From Octopus vulgaris (lineage: Eukaryota), in contig OX597822.1 in assembly GCA_951406725.2 (NCBI GenBank), forward strand, positions 10,478,001 through 10,542,000: 64,000 nucleotides of DNA, in the 5' to 3' direction. A program made the position numbers and the translations under genes. This document shows, one piece after another, positions 1 to 13,639 of the stretch. The first letter of the stretch is position 1, and every line of letters begins with the position of its first letter. The notes under the pieces are model-generated. The model searched no databases, was not told where the DNA came from, and was given only the letters and a program-made list of their open reading frames with translations.

Positions 1-254
1 ATGCTATGTTGTAAAATATTGAAAGATTCTTTTATCCAACAGTCTAAGAGTCTACCAATACACCATCTTCAATATGCTATGCTGTAATCCGAGGAAGTAT
101 AGATTGCTGTTTCTAGCAGGGAGGGGAAAGAAGTAGAGATTCTCTTGAGTTACCTTCTGATAAACTTATATACTAAAAATATGGAGGTGTGTCGTGCAAC
201 AGATTCACATAATTTGACTAAGGAAATGGGATTTGTTAAATAAATACTCAGATA

Positions 255-458
255 TTCACCATGATAGATCGCTAGCCACTACACATTCTTTATTTTCTCT
301 CCTTGTTTCTATCTGTGTTTCTTTCTGTGTTCATTTCTGTGGAAGAGCGTAGGCTCGAAACGTTACAATCTTTTTCACTTCCCGTGCGTTAAACTAATAC
401 AGCTGTTTGTTGTCTACGCCACCTACCTTCGTCTTTTTTTTTTTGTAAATTCTCCCGC
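255..458 (+). mobile_element. Short HHR-bearing repeat, family H1 (Penelope-like pLTR remnant), degenerate core
   Basis: 337-364 reads CTGTGGA-A-GAGC-GTAG-GCTC-GAAAC-GTT. Flanks are homologous to copies at 3.9, 12.5, 43.3 and 61.1 kb. Ends at a (GATA)n array. Confidence 0.6.
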
Positions 459-459
459 G

Positions 460-538
<79 letters not shown>
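459..538. repeat. (GATA)n microsatellite
   Basis: Direct reading. Confidence 0.97.
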
Positions 539-934
539 AAAGTATTCTACTCAAGGCTATTCAGTCTTTTTCAGTTTCACTAACAACAAAACGCCACGGG
601 CCATTCAATCCTTCACTCCATCAAATGATAGTAGTGATTTGAGAGATATATGGGTGTTGTTTCTAGCAGTTCAAGAGACTATATCGCGACACTCCTCGTT
701 GGTTTCTTTTAAGACACAGCCTCGCACCCTGTAACTTAAAAGTCTACTATATATCTATGTATCTATATATATATATATAATGAGTGATTGATAGATACTA
801 CACTCACTATACCTCCTCATTTTCTCCCTACCTCTCTCTGCATACACACACACACATATGTACACTCACACATACATACATACATACATACATACATACA
901 TACATACATACATACATACATACATACATACATA

Positions 935-2510
935 ATGATTTTGACTGTTTCCTCTGTAGCTGACGAGGGATGTTACAGGTATCTAGGGGTGGATGAAAAT
1001 ATATCTTACAGTGGCACCTGTAGCAAAACACGTGTCGCTAAAGAATATTACAACCTAATAAAGAAAATCTGAATCTCAGAACTCTCTGCTTTCAATAAAA
1101 CAGTAGCCCACAATGGGTTTGAAGTGACAGTACTCGTACCAACATTTGGGCTGCTTGATTGGACGCTTGACGAGATCTCAGCCATTGAGGTGAAAACCCG
1201 AAAAATAATAACAAGCACACATAATTTCCACATAAACAGTATTGTAGACCGCCCCAACCTAAAGCGACATCAAGGCGGAAGAGGCTTAACATCGATCCAA
1301 AACGTCTTTGAATGTCGCATCATAAACCTTCGGCAACATCATTTAACCATCAAGTGTCGAAGTTCGTCCTTTGACCAAGTTTGCATACATGATGCTGATA
1401 ACATCATAAGACTTGGAAGGTAGCTCCTTGAGCAACACTCTTTGTCTGATAACGTAGAATACTTGCCCAAAGAAGCAACACGATTCTACCGCAACGTGTC
1501 ATCAGATAAAAGGATGATCCTATGCCTATATGAGCAGAAGACTATGCATGGATATGTTACTAGAAAGCTCCGTGATGGTAGTAACATCGATCATCAAAGC
1601 ATTTTATCATGGACTTTGAAGGGTATGCGTTTGCAATCCAGGAAAAGGCAATATCAACCAAGTACCTGATGCACAAAAGGGATAGAGATGCTGGTAAAAC
1701 CGTGAAGTGTGACAACCGACGCAGACTGAAAATATACCCACATAATAAGCAGTTGTCCGAAAATGTCATTACTGTATTATCTACCGATGAGACATGATGT
1801 TGTAGCTAGGTCACTCTATAAGGAAATCTGTCAGAAGGATAATCCCGAGGACTAAGAAACAAGAACCTACAATATGGTAGAAGCCATAGCCACTCCTAAT
1901 AAAAAAGAATACGGGTGGAATGTTCCAGTGAAGACCTCAATAAAATGTAAGCACAACAAACCTGATAAAATGATTTGGATTAGAGAATAGAAACTGTGCT
2001 CAGTTGTGGAAATTAGCTGCCCAGCGGATGTTAACGTAAAGTTGAAGATCAGTAAAAAAGAGAACATCTATGCTGAACTATTGCGAAATCTACAGTTACT
2101 GTACCCAGATTACAAGTTCAGGTTTATACATGTAGTTATTGGGGCCTTTGGATGTGTTACCCACTTCCTAAATACCAATCTTAAGAAATTAGGCTTCTCA
2201 AAACCAGAAAGGAGAAGGTTAAATCGAAGACTACAGATCCACTCCATCCCTGGAACTGTACAAATCTGTAAAACTTTCCAGAAGTTTATCCTTTAAACAT
2301 ATTTGAGCATGTCTAGATATACAACTATATGCATAAAACATTACAAATCAGCACATACATACATACATACATACATACATACATACATACATACAGACAG
2401 ACAGACAGACAGACAGACAGACTGAGAGACAAACAGAAATACCCTGTTGTTCATGGTGAAACCACTTCTTTCTGTCTTGGCAAGAAATCTTGAAATAAAC
2501 TGAATAAAGA
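935..2510 (+). mobile_element. 5'-truncated, decayed R4/Dong-clade non-LTR retrotransposon (RT C-terminus, Zn knuckle, restriction-like endonuclease, 3' UTR) flanked by (CATA)n
   Basis: Frameshifted remnants YRYLG, NKTVAHN, GGRGL, KTMHG, EGYAFAIQEKAISTK, HIISSCPKM..LPMRHDVVA, HNKPD, VEISCP, KENIYAEL, VVIGAFG. (CATA)n at about 870-933 and 2511-2640. 3' end defined by the homologous fragment at 42.5 kb. Confidence 0.88.
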
Positions 2511-2548
2511 CATACATACATACATACATACATACATACATACATACA

Positions 2549-2582
<34 letters not shown>

Positions 2583-2715
2583 GATACATACATACATACA
2601 TACATATATACATACAGACATACATATATGTATACATACACAATGATATCAAAACTGAAGCATCATTTTATAAGCGGATATATATAGATATACATACAAG
2701 AAGGAAATCCTCACA

Positions 2716-2751
<36 letters not shown>

Positions 2752-3007
2752 TGCAAACACACACATATACACATACATATACAGACGACGAGAAGTTAAC
2801 ATTTAATAGCTTCACTGACTCCAGTATAAATTGAACACGCATCCTCTGTATTCCCGGGTGAGCTATCAACTCGTTGGCAGACAATTGATAATATGTAAAC
2901 GGATGTAATTGACTTGACTGCTTGATTTAACTGACATGCAATCTGTTACCAAATTGTGACCCTAATATTTTTGATATACATAAATAGTCTGCAAGCAAGT
3001 GACATAC

Positions 3008-3042
<35 letters not shown>

Positions 3043-3215
3043 TGTGTGCATATGTGTCTGTGTCTATGTGCGCGCGCGTGTGTTTGTGTGCGTGTAAGCG
3101 CGCTTTCGTGTGTATGTGTATATTTATATATATATATGTGTATGTATGTATGTATATAATAGATCGCATTACATTATATATTATATTGCTTTTTATTGTA
3201 ATATTCTTTTATATG

Positions 3216-3424
3216 TTTCAGTAATTTGACTGCAGCCCTGCTGGAGTAGCGCTTGGAGGATTTTAGGCGAACAAATTGACCCCAAGACCCATTTTTAAGT
3301 CTTAGTACTTATTGTATCAGCTTCTTTTGGTGAACCGTTAAGTTACGGGGATGCAAACACACCAACAGCGGTCGTCAAGCGATGATGGGAGGAGAAACCT
3401 AAACACACACATACATATAGATGC

Positions 3425-3473
<49 letters not shown>

Positions 3474-3637
3474 TAAATGTATATATATGTATATATATAA
3501 ATGTATATATATGTATATATATATGTGTGTGTACATATATATCTATGTCTGTCTATCTGTCTAACAATCAATCTCTCTCTCTCTCTCCCTCTATGAATAT
3601 AATATATATATATAAATACATAATACATAAAAAGATA

Positions 3638-3701
<64 letters not shown>

Positions 3702-3845
3702 GACGTGCTCGTTTCAGTTTCTGTATACCAAATACACTCACAAGGCTTCGGTCGACTTGAGTCCATAGTATAAGACACTTACTCAACGTGTCACCTAGTG
3801 GCACTAAACGTGGAACCATGTGTTTGAGAAGTAAGCTTCTTATCA
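3216..3845 (-). mobile_element. SINE family B (tRNA head, CORE-like body, internal microsatellite), diverged copy
   Basis: Collinear similarity to 6722-7162 with an expanded internal (TA)/(TC) tract. Confidence 0.75.
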
Positions 3846-3947
3846 CATTATAACATATTTGATGTCATATTATATTATATTATATCATAGTATAGTATAG
3901 TATACACAAGCAGGTATATTAGTTTGACGCTCAGGAAAATGAAAGCG

Positions 3948-3985
3948 CCTTTTACGTTTCGAACCCACGCTCTTCCGCAGAAAGG
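3948..3985 (-). ncRNA. Minimal type I hammerhead-like motif (family H1), core A6->C
   Basis: Minus strand: CCTTT-CTGCGGA-A-GAGC-GTGG-GTTC-GAAAC-GT-A-AAAGG. Stem I 5 bp, stem II 4 bp, stem III reduced to the ACGT palindrome. Confidence 0.65.
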
Positions 3986-4944
3986 AATAAGAGAAAATAA
4001 GCAGAGAGAGACTTGTAGATTTAAAACTTGTAGATTTAACGGTCAAGTATGGCGAATGATTAGAAAAAGTGTTTGAAAGAAGGAGTTGAAAGATAGGTAG
4101 GTAATAATATACTGGTGAAACCCCAATGAATATGCACATGCGTGTGTGTGTGCATGAGAGACTGGTGTGTGTGAGAGACTGGTGTGTGTGTGTGTGTGTG
4201 TGAATAGGGGCCAGTGACTCTGATGTGTGTGCGAGTGTGTGTGAGTGTGCGTGTTGTGTGTAGCAGTTGAAGTGTGCTTTTTCAAGTAGTGTGTCCACAT
4301 GTGTGTGTGTGTGTGTGTGTGTAAACTTTCTTTCAGTTTCTGTCTACCAAATCCACAGCTATAGATGAAGACGTTTGGCCAGAGTACCATGCAGTGGAAT
4401 TAAACCAGGTACCACTTGGCCAGGAAACCCATTTTCTTTCTTTAATATTAACACCACAAACGATTAACTATACTAAATATATATACATTTAGTTGACATA
4501 CTATAAACACAAATTAATATGCTTGTATTATAAGCACTTAAGTTTTTCCTTATTATATTAAAACCACAAAATGATCTACTTTGCTATATACTGTTCATTT
4601 TTGTTTGTATTATCATAACTACTGAAGCTACATGGCTTAATCATAATCACTGGATTATATAATCATATCTAAAATGGCAGCATTACACACGTCCACTTTT
4701 CTTTATATAGTATAAGCTACATACAAATGTGAGTTATATGTGTCCATTAGTCGCTATCTATTAAAACCACGTGACCACAAATCAGTTTGCTCATATATTA
4801 TAAGCATTTAGTTTCTTTATATGTATCATAAATAACAACCATGTAATGTGAAAGATACATAGTAACTGTTGATGTTCCGTGAACCGAAACATTTGACAAC
4901 TACTGACTGTAAGTAATTTTGGTTTTGTGCTGTAGTAGTAGTCA

Positions 4945-4976
<32 letters not shown>

Positions 4977-4977
4977 T

Positions 4978-5197
4978 ATATTTCTTTACTACCCACAAGG
5001 GGCTAAACATAGAGGAGACAAACAAGGACATACAAAGGGATTGAGTCGATTACGTCGACACAGTGCGAAACTGGTACTTTATTTATCGACCCCGAGAGGA
5101 TGAAAGGCAAAGTCGACCTCGGTGGAATTTGAACTCAGAACGTAACGACAGACGAAATACGGCTACGCATTTCGCCCGGCGCGCTAACGTTTCTGCC
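4978..5197 (-). mobile_element. SINE family A, tail type 1
   Basis: B box GAGTTCAAATTCC, body GTCGACTTTGCCTTTCATCC, tail TTTAGCCCCTTGTGGGTAGTAAAGAAATA. Confidence 0.9.
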
Positions 5198-5442
5198 ATG
5201 CGGAGTGTAACGCTGCGTAACCAATCATTTTCTTTGGAATACGAAAGGCAGCTTAGCTTTCATGTAGTGATTAAAGCGACAACACGTTGGAATAGAAGCG
5301 AGTCCTTTGTTTTCTAAGAAGTCATAAGGAGACTGGAGTTTAGGGCAGCCACCTACACGAAACTCAAATTGATGATAACTCGTTCACTATCAACAATTCT
5401 TATCTGCACCACCTCGCTACAGCTGTTTTATCGAGCAGGTAA

Positions 5443-5600
5443 ATGCGCTTGGCGTTGCGGTTAAGACGTTGTACTTGCAATCGCAAGATTATGGTTTCGA
5501 TTCTGACCGGGTTATGCATTGCGTATGTACGCAAAACATTTCAATTCCTGCTGTTCCAGCCCACTCAGCTATAAAGGAGTAACCTCACGACGGACCAGGA
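5443..5600 (+). mobile_element. SINE family D, old copy with tRNA-like head
   Basis: TGGCGTTGCGGTTAAG (A-box-like) ... GGTTTCGATTC (B-box-like) ... CCAGCCCACTCAGCT, similar to the reverse complement of 17460-17535. Confidence 0.5.
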
Positions 5601-6721
5601 TCTCGTTCAATGAGAACGTTATGGTCTTCTTTGCTTACACGCCTTGGAAACGGGATAGCCGTTCCTTTGAGCTCTAGAACTTGATACACTACTTATTTTA
5701 CAACTGCATCTACGCACACACACACACACACATATGTATAAACCTACCTACCTACCTACCTACATACATACATATATACATGCATACAAACATACATACA
5801 TACATACATACATACATACATACATACATACATACATACATACATACATACATACATAGGTATCTTTGTACGTACGTATGTGTGTATGTATGTATCGAAT
5901 GTTCGTGAAAAGCAAAAGAAGGTGATATCATCAAGGTTGAAATGCGATTCTGCTGAATCAATGCTCACCTGGAAGTAAGCAAGTCCAAATTAGAGAGATG
6001 CCGCTCTAATGAGATAACTTATTCTATATAACTATGAAGCCCTTACTCTTCCATCGTAACCGAAGGATTAAATGGGTTATATAAGAAAAAATAAAATGGA
6101 TAGGAAATATTTTTGTTCTCCGGATTAATTTACATACTACACTCGATTTTAAAAGCGGAGTATCCTATGGAAGCAATCAATATGTTTCTGGAATTTTCTC
6201 TCTTTTCTTTAGCTAAGATCAGCAAAACAAGATGGCTGCCATCTCTGATTTTCTTCACAATTTCACTTTATTGTCTTCGTGTATTTCCCACGTTATCTAA
6301 GCTTCGAAATCAACATTTAATGACTTGACTATCGATAGCGGTCAAAACTGATAGTTTTTATTGTTGCTGTTGTTGGTTCAGTGGTTGTTGGTTTTGTTGC
6401 TGTTCTTTATGGCTATTTACATTCTTCCTTTCTTTCGTTCTTTCTTTCATTCTTTTATTATTTGTTTCTTCCCTTCTTCAGAGCCTGGCACCATCAGCAC
6501 TGCCATACTTTCATTATGTGCATCGCCTATTCTTTCTTTTTATCTCCTTGGCTTTACCTTCTCACTAGCTCCTCTCCATCATGGTACCTTTACGATTGCT
6601 AATTTGTTGATAACAACCCTGATTTCAAGGAAGAAAGAACTATCGCTTGGTAGCAATGCGGGAGGAGTGCGTTTTGAAGCGTATACATACATGCATACAC
6701 ACACATATATACACATATGTA

Positions 6722-6941
6722 TACTCTTTACTCTTTTACTTGTTTCAGTCATTTGACTGCGGCCATGCTGGAGCACCGCCTTTAATCGAGTAACTCGACC
6801 CCGGGACTTATTCTTTTGTAAGCCCAGTACTTATTCTATCGGTATCTTATGCCGAACCGCTAAGTAACGGGGGCATAAACACACCAGCATCGGTTGTCAA
6901 GCAATGCTAGGGGGACAAATACAGACACACAAACACACAAA

Positions 6942-7000
<59 letters not shown>

Positions 7001-7162
7001 GACGAGCTTCTTTCAGTTTCCGTCTACCAAATCCACTCACAAGGCTTTGGTCGGCCCGAGGCTATAGTAGAAGACACTTGCCCAAGGTGCCACGCAGTGG
7101 GACTGAACCCGGAACCATGTGGTTGGTAAACAAGCTACTTACCACAGAGCCACTCCTGCGCC
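6722..7162 (-). mobile_element. SINE family B, near full-length young copy
   Basis: Minus strand: GGCGCAGGAGTGGCTCTGTGGTAAG (A box), GGGTTCAGTCCC (B box), CORE-like GCACCTTGGGCAAGTGTCTTC, internal (TA)n, tail AAACAAGTAAAAGAGTAAAGAG. Confidence 0.9.
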
Positions 7163-8631
7163 GTATATGCATGTATGCATGTATCTATACACACACACAT
7201 GACAGGTTTCTTTCAGTTTCTGTCTACAATTCCATACGAGGATTTCGGTAGGTTTCGGGCTGAACGCCCATTATGAATGTGCCACGCAGTGGACTGAACC
7301 AGAAACCGTGTGGTCGGGAAGAACCACCCATAACTTGTACACCCACAATATATTTATATATAACAGACTCAGTGGTTGTCAGTTTGTACTCTGTCATCTG
7401 TAATTTCAACACAAGAAAGTCTCTTTTTCAAGTATGGACCTTATGAAATTTTGCTCATCATACATTGAAGGACAAATCTTTGAATTTATAATTCTTTTTC
7501 TTTTTCTTTAACACTCCTTCTTTTTCTTTAACACCGTTTTCAGATACAAAAACACACACGCACACGCATACACACGAGCACACACGCACACACACACACA
7601 TGCTCTCTCTCCCTCACTTTCTCCCCATTCATCACCCTCTTGTACTATCTTATATCCCTCCCCACCACTACACACTCAATAACACTATAAAATGGTCAAA
7701 ATTTTTCCTCAAGAACTTAGTTCAATTTGAAAACTCCACCAGAATGGACGAAAGCGCTGACATATGATATATGATATATGTTATATGATGTATAAAAACA
7801 TGTAATATATAAATAAATATCTGTAAATATAAAACCATCCGAATTCCTGAGTACCTCATTTCTTCTAATATGTATATATATATACACGTAAAAATAACGA
7901 GATCACAAAAGAATAAACGGTTAGCTTATGATCTCCATATAAGACACAGTGAATTCATAGTTGAGTGTCTCAGTTGCTTCATCAGAACCTCTTCATAATC
8001 GAGGCAGAAAACAACTGTAAGTTAATGGAGTTCATAAGATAATTGTTTATTGCTTTGCCATTTCATTAACTTATTACTGGTCTGTACTCGACTAACGCTT
8101 CGTACTGAACCTTATGTGTATTGAGTTCTGCTCCAGACACAGCCTGTTACAAAAAACAACAACAAACAAAATATACGACTTTCATATTACAAACTCCGTA
8201 CACGCCGCCGAGGAGTTGCCAAATTTCTTTGTAATCGCAAATAAACAATCTGGAATGGAAGAAATTATAGGTCAGCTAATATATAGACCTGAAGTGTGGG
8301 GGTTAAATAACGACAACACTTGTCGCCAATACCACAACCGTCACCACCACCACCACCACCATCTCTACTACCACCTCCACCGATACCTACATACTACAGC
8401 CACTACCGCCAGATAACACCAAACGGAAATCAAATGACTTCAATTACATGGATTTATGTGTGTGTGTGTGTGTGTTTGTATACATACATATATACATATA
8501 TACACATATATAATATATATCAATAGACGTATGTGCATGTGTCGTTGTCTGTGTAGGTTTGTGCCAGTCTGCCCGTTCATATATATACATATACATACAT
8601 ACATATACATATGTGTGTATATATCTATATA

Positions 8632-8667
<36 letters not shown>

Positions 8668-9354
8668 TATATATGTATATATCTATATATCTATATATAT
8701 ATATAGGTCTCTATGCCTGTATGAACTACATGAGTGTTATTACATGTCTGTCTACATATGTAGACATATTTGTGTGTTTATATATATATTTTTTATGTTT
8801 GTTATTAATTTTATCATTATTATTGTTGTTGTTGTTATTTCCTCTCTACCTGACACTCTGTAAAGCGGAAGTACTTTGATAAAAGATCTTGTCGAGAATC
8901 TATAATGATTGGCATTTCATTATGTGGAAGCATCTCGCCTTACACGTGGTTTTATGGACTAGCAGAGACGGTTGCGTATCGGACGAATAAGAATTCAAGA
9001 ATGAGCTTCGTGCCTCTGCATTATGATTTCGAATCACATCACGGTCAACATTACCTATTATTATTCCGTGATTCATAATCAAAATAGCAATAATATATTG
9101 GTTTCTACCACTGGCATGAGACGAGATATTTGGTGTCGATATATTATCTTTTATCACCATGTTTGTAATGATGTCTTTGTCCGATGCATCATTTCTGAAA
9201 TTCTTGTATTTTTTTGTGATTTGTTAGTCATTAGATGCGGTCACGCTGGGTCATGGCCTCAAAGGCTTTTCATTGAACAAATTGACCTCACTGTTTCCAA
9301 AATAACTCCCTATACTGAACTCTAATATTTCCCTCTATTTAAACATCTCACGTC

Positions 9355-9402
9355 GTCTCTGATGAAAGGATATCCCTAATATCACAGAAACAGCTGTAAG
9401 AC
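9355..9402 (+). ncRNA. Type I hammerhead ribozyme motif (family H2)
   Basis: GTCT-CTGATGA-AAG-GATAT-CCCTA-ATATC-ACA-GAAAC-AGCT-GT-A-AGAC. Intact core, stem I GTCT/AGAC, palindromic stem III ACAGCTGT, GUA site. Base of stem II mismatched. Confidence 0.7.
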
Positions 9403-9474
9403 TAACTTTCTCTTTATAAATGTCCTGAAAATTCCACACAGCCTTGGCTTTGTTGTCTCATTTTATTTAACACA

Positions 9475-9520
<46 letters not shown>

Positions 9521-10368
9521 AGTCTTTCTTCCCACGATCATTTTTTTAACATCCTTCGTTATGCGTTCGGAAAAAAATAAAAGAATATTTTTCAACACAT
9601 TTTGGTACATCATCGCTATCGTTAAATAATTATTTTACACAAATTTAATTCTTCATCTGAAATTACTTTAAGATTTTCCATTCAAGCTCCATGTACACAT
9701 AATTTTTATATATAGTCTTCAAAATTTTTTACTTTAATTTCCTCCATTTTAACACATTATCAAACATCCGTTGAAGAAGTCACGAAGTGCGTAATTGTTA
9801 CATGTGAAAGGGAACTTGAAAATTAAGCTGGTCAAATTTATCGCAGTCTCCTTCCTCTCACCGCCATTTAATTTTCTTATTTTTAGAAGCCAACTCAGCA
9901 TTGTTTTCTATTTTATCAATCTAACATGATTTTAAGATAACTATCAGCGCTAAGTCATTTGATGTTTTAAATAATCTCCTTTAAAAAAACATTCTTTCAT
10001 CGGTTTTTAAATGTGTAATCTTCTTTTAGTCTTCTAATGGATTTTCAATGTGTTATTTCATGCTTGTTTCTGTTTACTGTTGATATTTCCCATGTATTGC
10101 TTTTTAATATGCTCTTTCGTCTCTGTAGACGTATTCCATTATTGATGAGGTTCTGCGTAATTTTCACTCTTTCGCAAAAAACTCTTCTCCTAGAGTTCAG
10201 TGTGATGGCGATCTGTGCCTTGCAAGGGAAACCGTTGACTAACGATTTAATCATTTCAAGTTACATTTCGAAATTGTCTTTCCCCTCAACAATGCTCACA
10301 TTATCATTCGCACTCTTTCTCTCTCTCTCTCTCTGCCCAACTCCGTCCTTCTCAGTTTTTCCATCAAT

Positions 10369-10436
<68 letters not shown>

Positions 10437-10490
10437 ATACCTACCTATCTATCTATCTATCCACCTATCTATCGGTGTATGAGTGAATAC

Positions 10491-10545
<55 letters not shown>
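10369..10545. repeat. (TATC)n plus (TA)n microsatellites
   Basis: Direct reading. Confidence 0.95.
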
Positions 10546-10547
<2 letters not shown>

Positions 10548-11806
10548 TATATAAACATATATTTATACCTGTATGTATATGTATATATATATGTGTGTGT
10601 ATATATATATATACATATATATATATATAAGTATATATGTATATATGTATGTATCCTTATATATGTGTGTGTATATGATTGTGTATATGCATATTATTTA
10701 TATGATATATATGTGTGTGGGTGTCTGTGTTTGTGCATTTGTGTGTTTCTTATTCCCACCCAAATCTTTGCGATTCCATCGATCTGTCACGAGGTTATCT
10801 CTTCCTTCTATATCTGTATAACCCTTCTCACACCTCTTTCCCGCTCTCCCTCTCCCCCTTTCTCTTCCTTTTCTCATTGTTTCTCATTCATCTACATTCA
10901 TTCATTGCATCGTCAATTTCTTTTCCTTTTTCTTTTTCCTCACCTTTCTCTCTCTATCTCTCTCTCTCTCTCTCTTTCTCTCTCACGTCTTCTCTATTTG
11001 TTTACCACTTCATGTATGATTTTTGCGATTTTTTTCTAATTCTCTCCAGCGACGCTAACACAAACGCTTTCGCACAGACAAACACACACACACACAAACA
11101 CACACAAATGCTTGCACGTAAAAACAGAACACATGCAATCTAAGAACAACAACAGAAGAAATAAACAGAACATGCTGTTGTTTAACTCCATTTCAGCTCT
11201 GATCTAACTGACTTATTTCTTCCATTCCAGCTTGTTAGGTTGCGATTACAACAGAATGTGGAGTAATGGTGCTGGTTCTTGACGGAGTTTGTTTATGTTT
11301 TGTCACAGAACATTTAGGTAGAACGTTTGCGTCCTGCCACAAGTGTTCTAAAGTGGTCATACTTGTGGACGTTCTCATTGTATGGATCCACTGAACCTAT
11401 GTATGAAGAGTTTGTAGAAAGCATAGCGTTTAATACTAAGTGTGTGCATACTTATATGCACACACAAACAGATATATGTATATATTTGCACACACACAGA
11501 CACACACATATATAATATGTAATAAGTATGTGTGTGTTTAGAAGAATATTAAATACGGGAATATTTTCAAACATACTTCATTTCGAACTTAACTGTTTCG
11601 CCTTTGTAGAGAACTTATGCAATTCAACCACGATTGATACTATATATCTCTAACACTGTGTGTGCCTCTATCTGATATTTCTTTCTTTTTAATTCTATGT
11701 TAACTTCTCCTTTTCTCTGGCTACTCCTATCCTTTTCATTTAAAATGAAGACATTTATATAAAATATAAAATTACATCATTTCACTAGGTTTTATGTTTT
11801 TTTTAT

Positions 11807-11852
11807 TCCGTGCTGAAGACGTACATTATGTAGAAACAAGGCTGTTCGGGGA
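11807..11852 (+). ncRNA. Type I hammerhead ribozyme motif (family H3)
   Basis: TCCGTG-CTGAAGA-CG-TACA-TTA-TGTA-GAAAC-AAGGCT-GT-T-CGGGGA. Stem I 5/6 paired, stem II 4 bp, stem III ACA/TGT. Confidence 0.5.
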
Positions 11853-12057
11853 AGACTTGAAAATGATAAAAATTAAATGACTATACATCTTGAAGTAACA
11901 CTTTATGCTTAGAAATTTGTAAAGAAGTAAGGAAAAATGCCTCCCTCCAACACGCAAAACAGACGAAGGGATCCGTAGATTTGCTCATATAGACAAACAT
12001 GCATACATACATACAAATATGCATACATATATGCACACATATATATATATATACCTA

Positions 12058-12155
<98 letters not shown>

Positions 12156-12454
12156 ATAGATATAGGTATTGGTAGAAATATAGGTAAGTTCTGGAGTAAT
12201 AAACCTTTTCATAAGGAGCGTGGTTATGCCATTTAGAATAGAGAAATCAGAAGTTTGTAGACTTATTGTCAATACTTTACCGAGAACAATGCATCGAGCA
12301 GCAGGCACAGTTATTCGACTCATTGTTTTTAATTATATTTTGACTCTGAAACCTAAGTTTCTCTACTGAAAGTGGTTAATAATCTTAATTAGAACGCGTG
12401 CGCACTTACTTGCATATATGTGCGTGAGTGTGTGTTCCAAACTATTGATGAGAA

Positions 12455-12600
12455 TACCAACACAGAAGACAAATTATAAAGTAATGGTAATTATTTGTCG
12501 CTCAGAGAAAACGGGTAAGAAAACAGGAAGTGTCACTGACATTTCGAGCATTAGCTCGTTATGGAAAAATAGTTAGGATAAACAGTAAGGGAATGAAAGA
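12455..12600 (-). mobile_element. Family H1 HHR-bearing repeat, strongly decayed
   Basis: Minus strand GAGC-TAAT-GCTC-GAAAT-GTC at 12538-12557. Flank GTCGCTCAGAGAAAA matches GACGCTCAGGAAAA of the 3.9 kb copy. Confidence 0.4.
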
Positions 12601-13265
12601 CAGATTCAAGAGTAAGGGGGAAAATATTGTTGATTTTCTTCTAGAATTCATAGTAGCAAATACACACTCATACATATTGCACGATGTTTTCATATACTCC
12701 AATATTGTTTCTGAAGTCACGATGAACATTATAAAATTACGCCCACACACACACAAACAAGCACAGATACACACACACTATGTGCGTGTGCGTGTGTTTG
12801 TGTGTGTGTGTACATACGCACGTGCACACATATTTAATGTATTAATAAGCACAATCTCGTATGTATGCATGCATAAGCTTACGCATCTATGCTTTTATAT
12901 CATCATAAATATATTTAAATATACAACAAGCGTTGACGATTTATATGCATGCCACCATGTTTGCTGAAGAGGTGAAATAGTACTGAAACATTTCCCTTGT
13001 TTTAACTGGTTGGTCCTAGTGACCAGATGCACTGCATTCTTCTTTATTTTTCGTGTCCTAAAATTTCAAGCTACTGATCCCACTGGATTTATCTCTCTTG
13101 CTTGTTGTAATTCTAAACTAATTCTCTGGTGAATTTTTATTAACTAATTGATGAAATAATCTCCGATAATCGAATTTTTTGGAACTCATTGTATAAGTGT
13201 TGATATACATAGTGAAGTCACATTGTAAAGTCAAAGCAACACAAGCTAGCGTAACGTATATATAC

Positions 13266-13308
<43 letters not shown>

Positions 13309-13639
13309 GTTTGTGCGTGTGTGTGTGCATGTATTTATGTATATTTGCATGTGTGTGTATGTATAAGTATATGTATAGTATGTGAGTGTGTGATTGATCA
13401 ACTCACATATACACGCTCCTTCACAAACACTCCCTCACAACACACAATATTAAATGGCATCAGAAACAGGAGGACAAGACTGAACGTACGCATTCTTCCG
13501 GGTCAAATTTTATGGGAATATTTGAGACGCAAATTTACAAATAAACAGAAATAGAATTGTTGGCTCTGGGCAGCCTTCGCCTTTTTTTCTATTCAAAAGG
13601 AATTTCCAATCTATCATTTGTATGCTATTATTTATTTTT

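Noticed and set aside
6904-7251. Recurring ORF text RASFSFRLPNPLTRLWSARGYSRRHLPK (also at 29.3 and 48.8 kb)
   Set aside because: Antisense translation of SINE family B, not a gene family.
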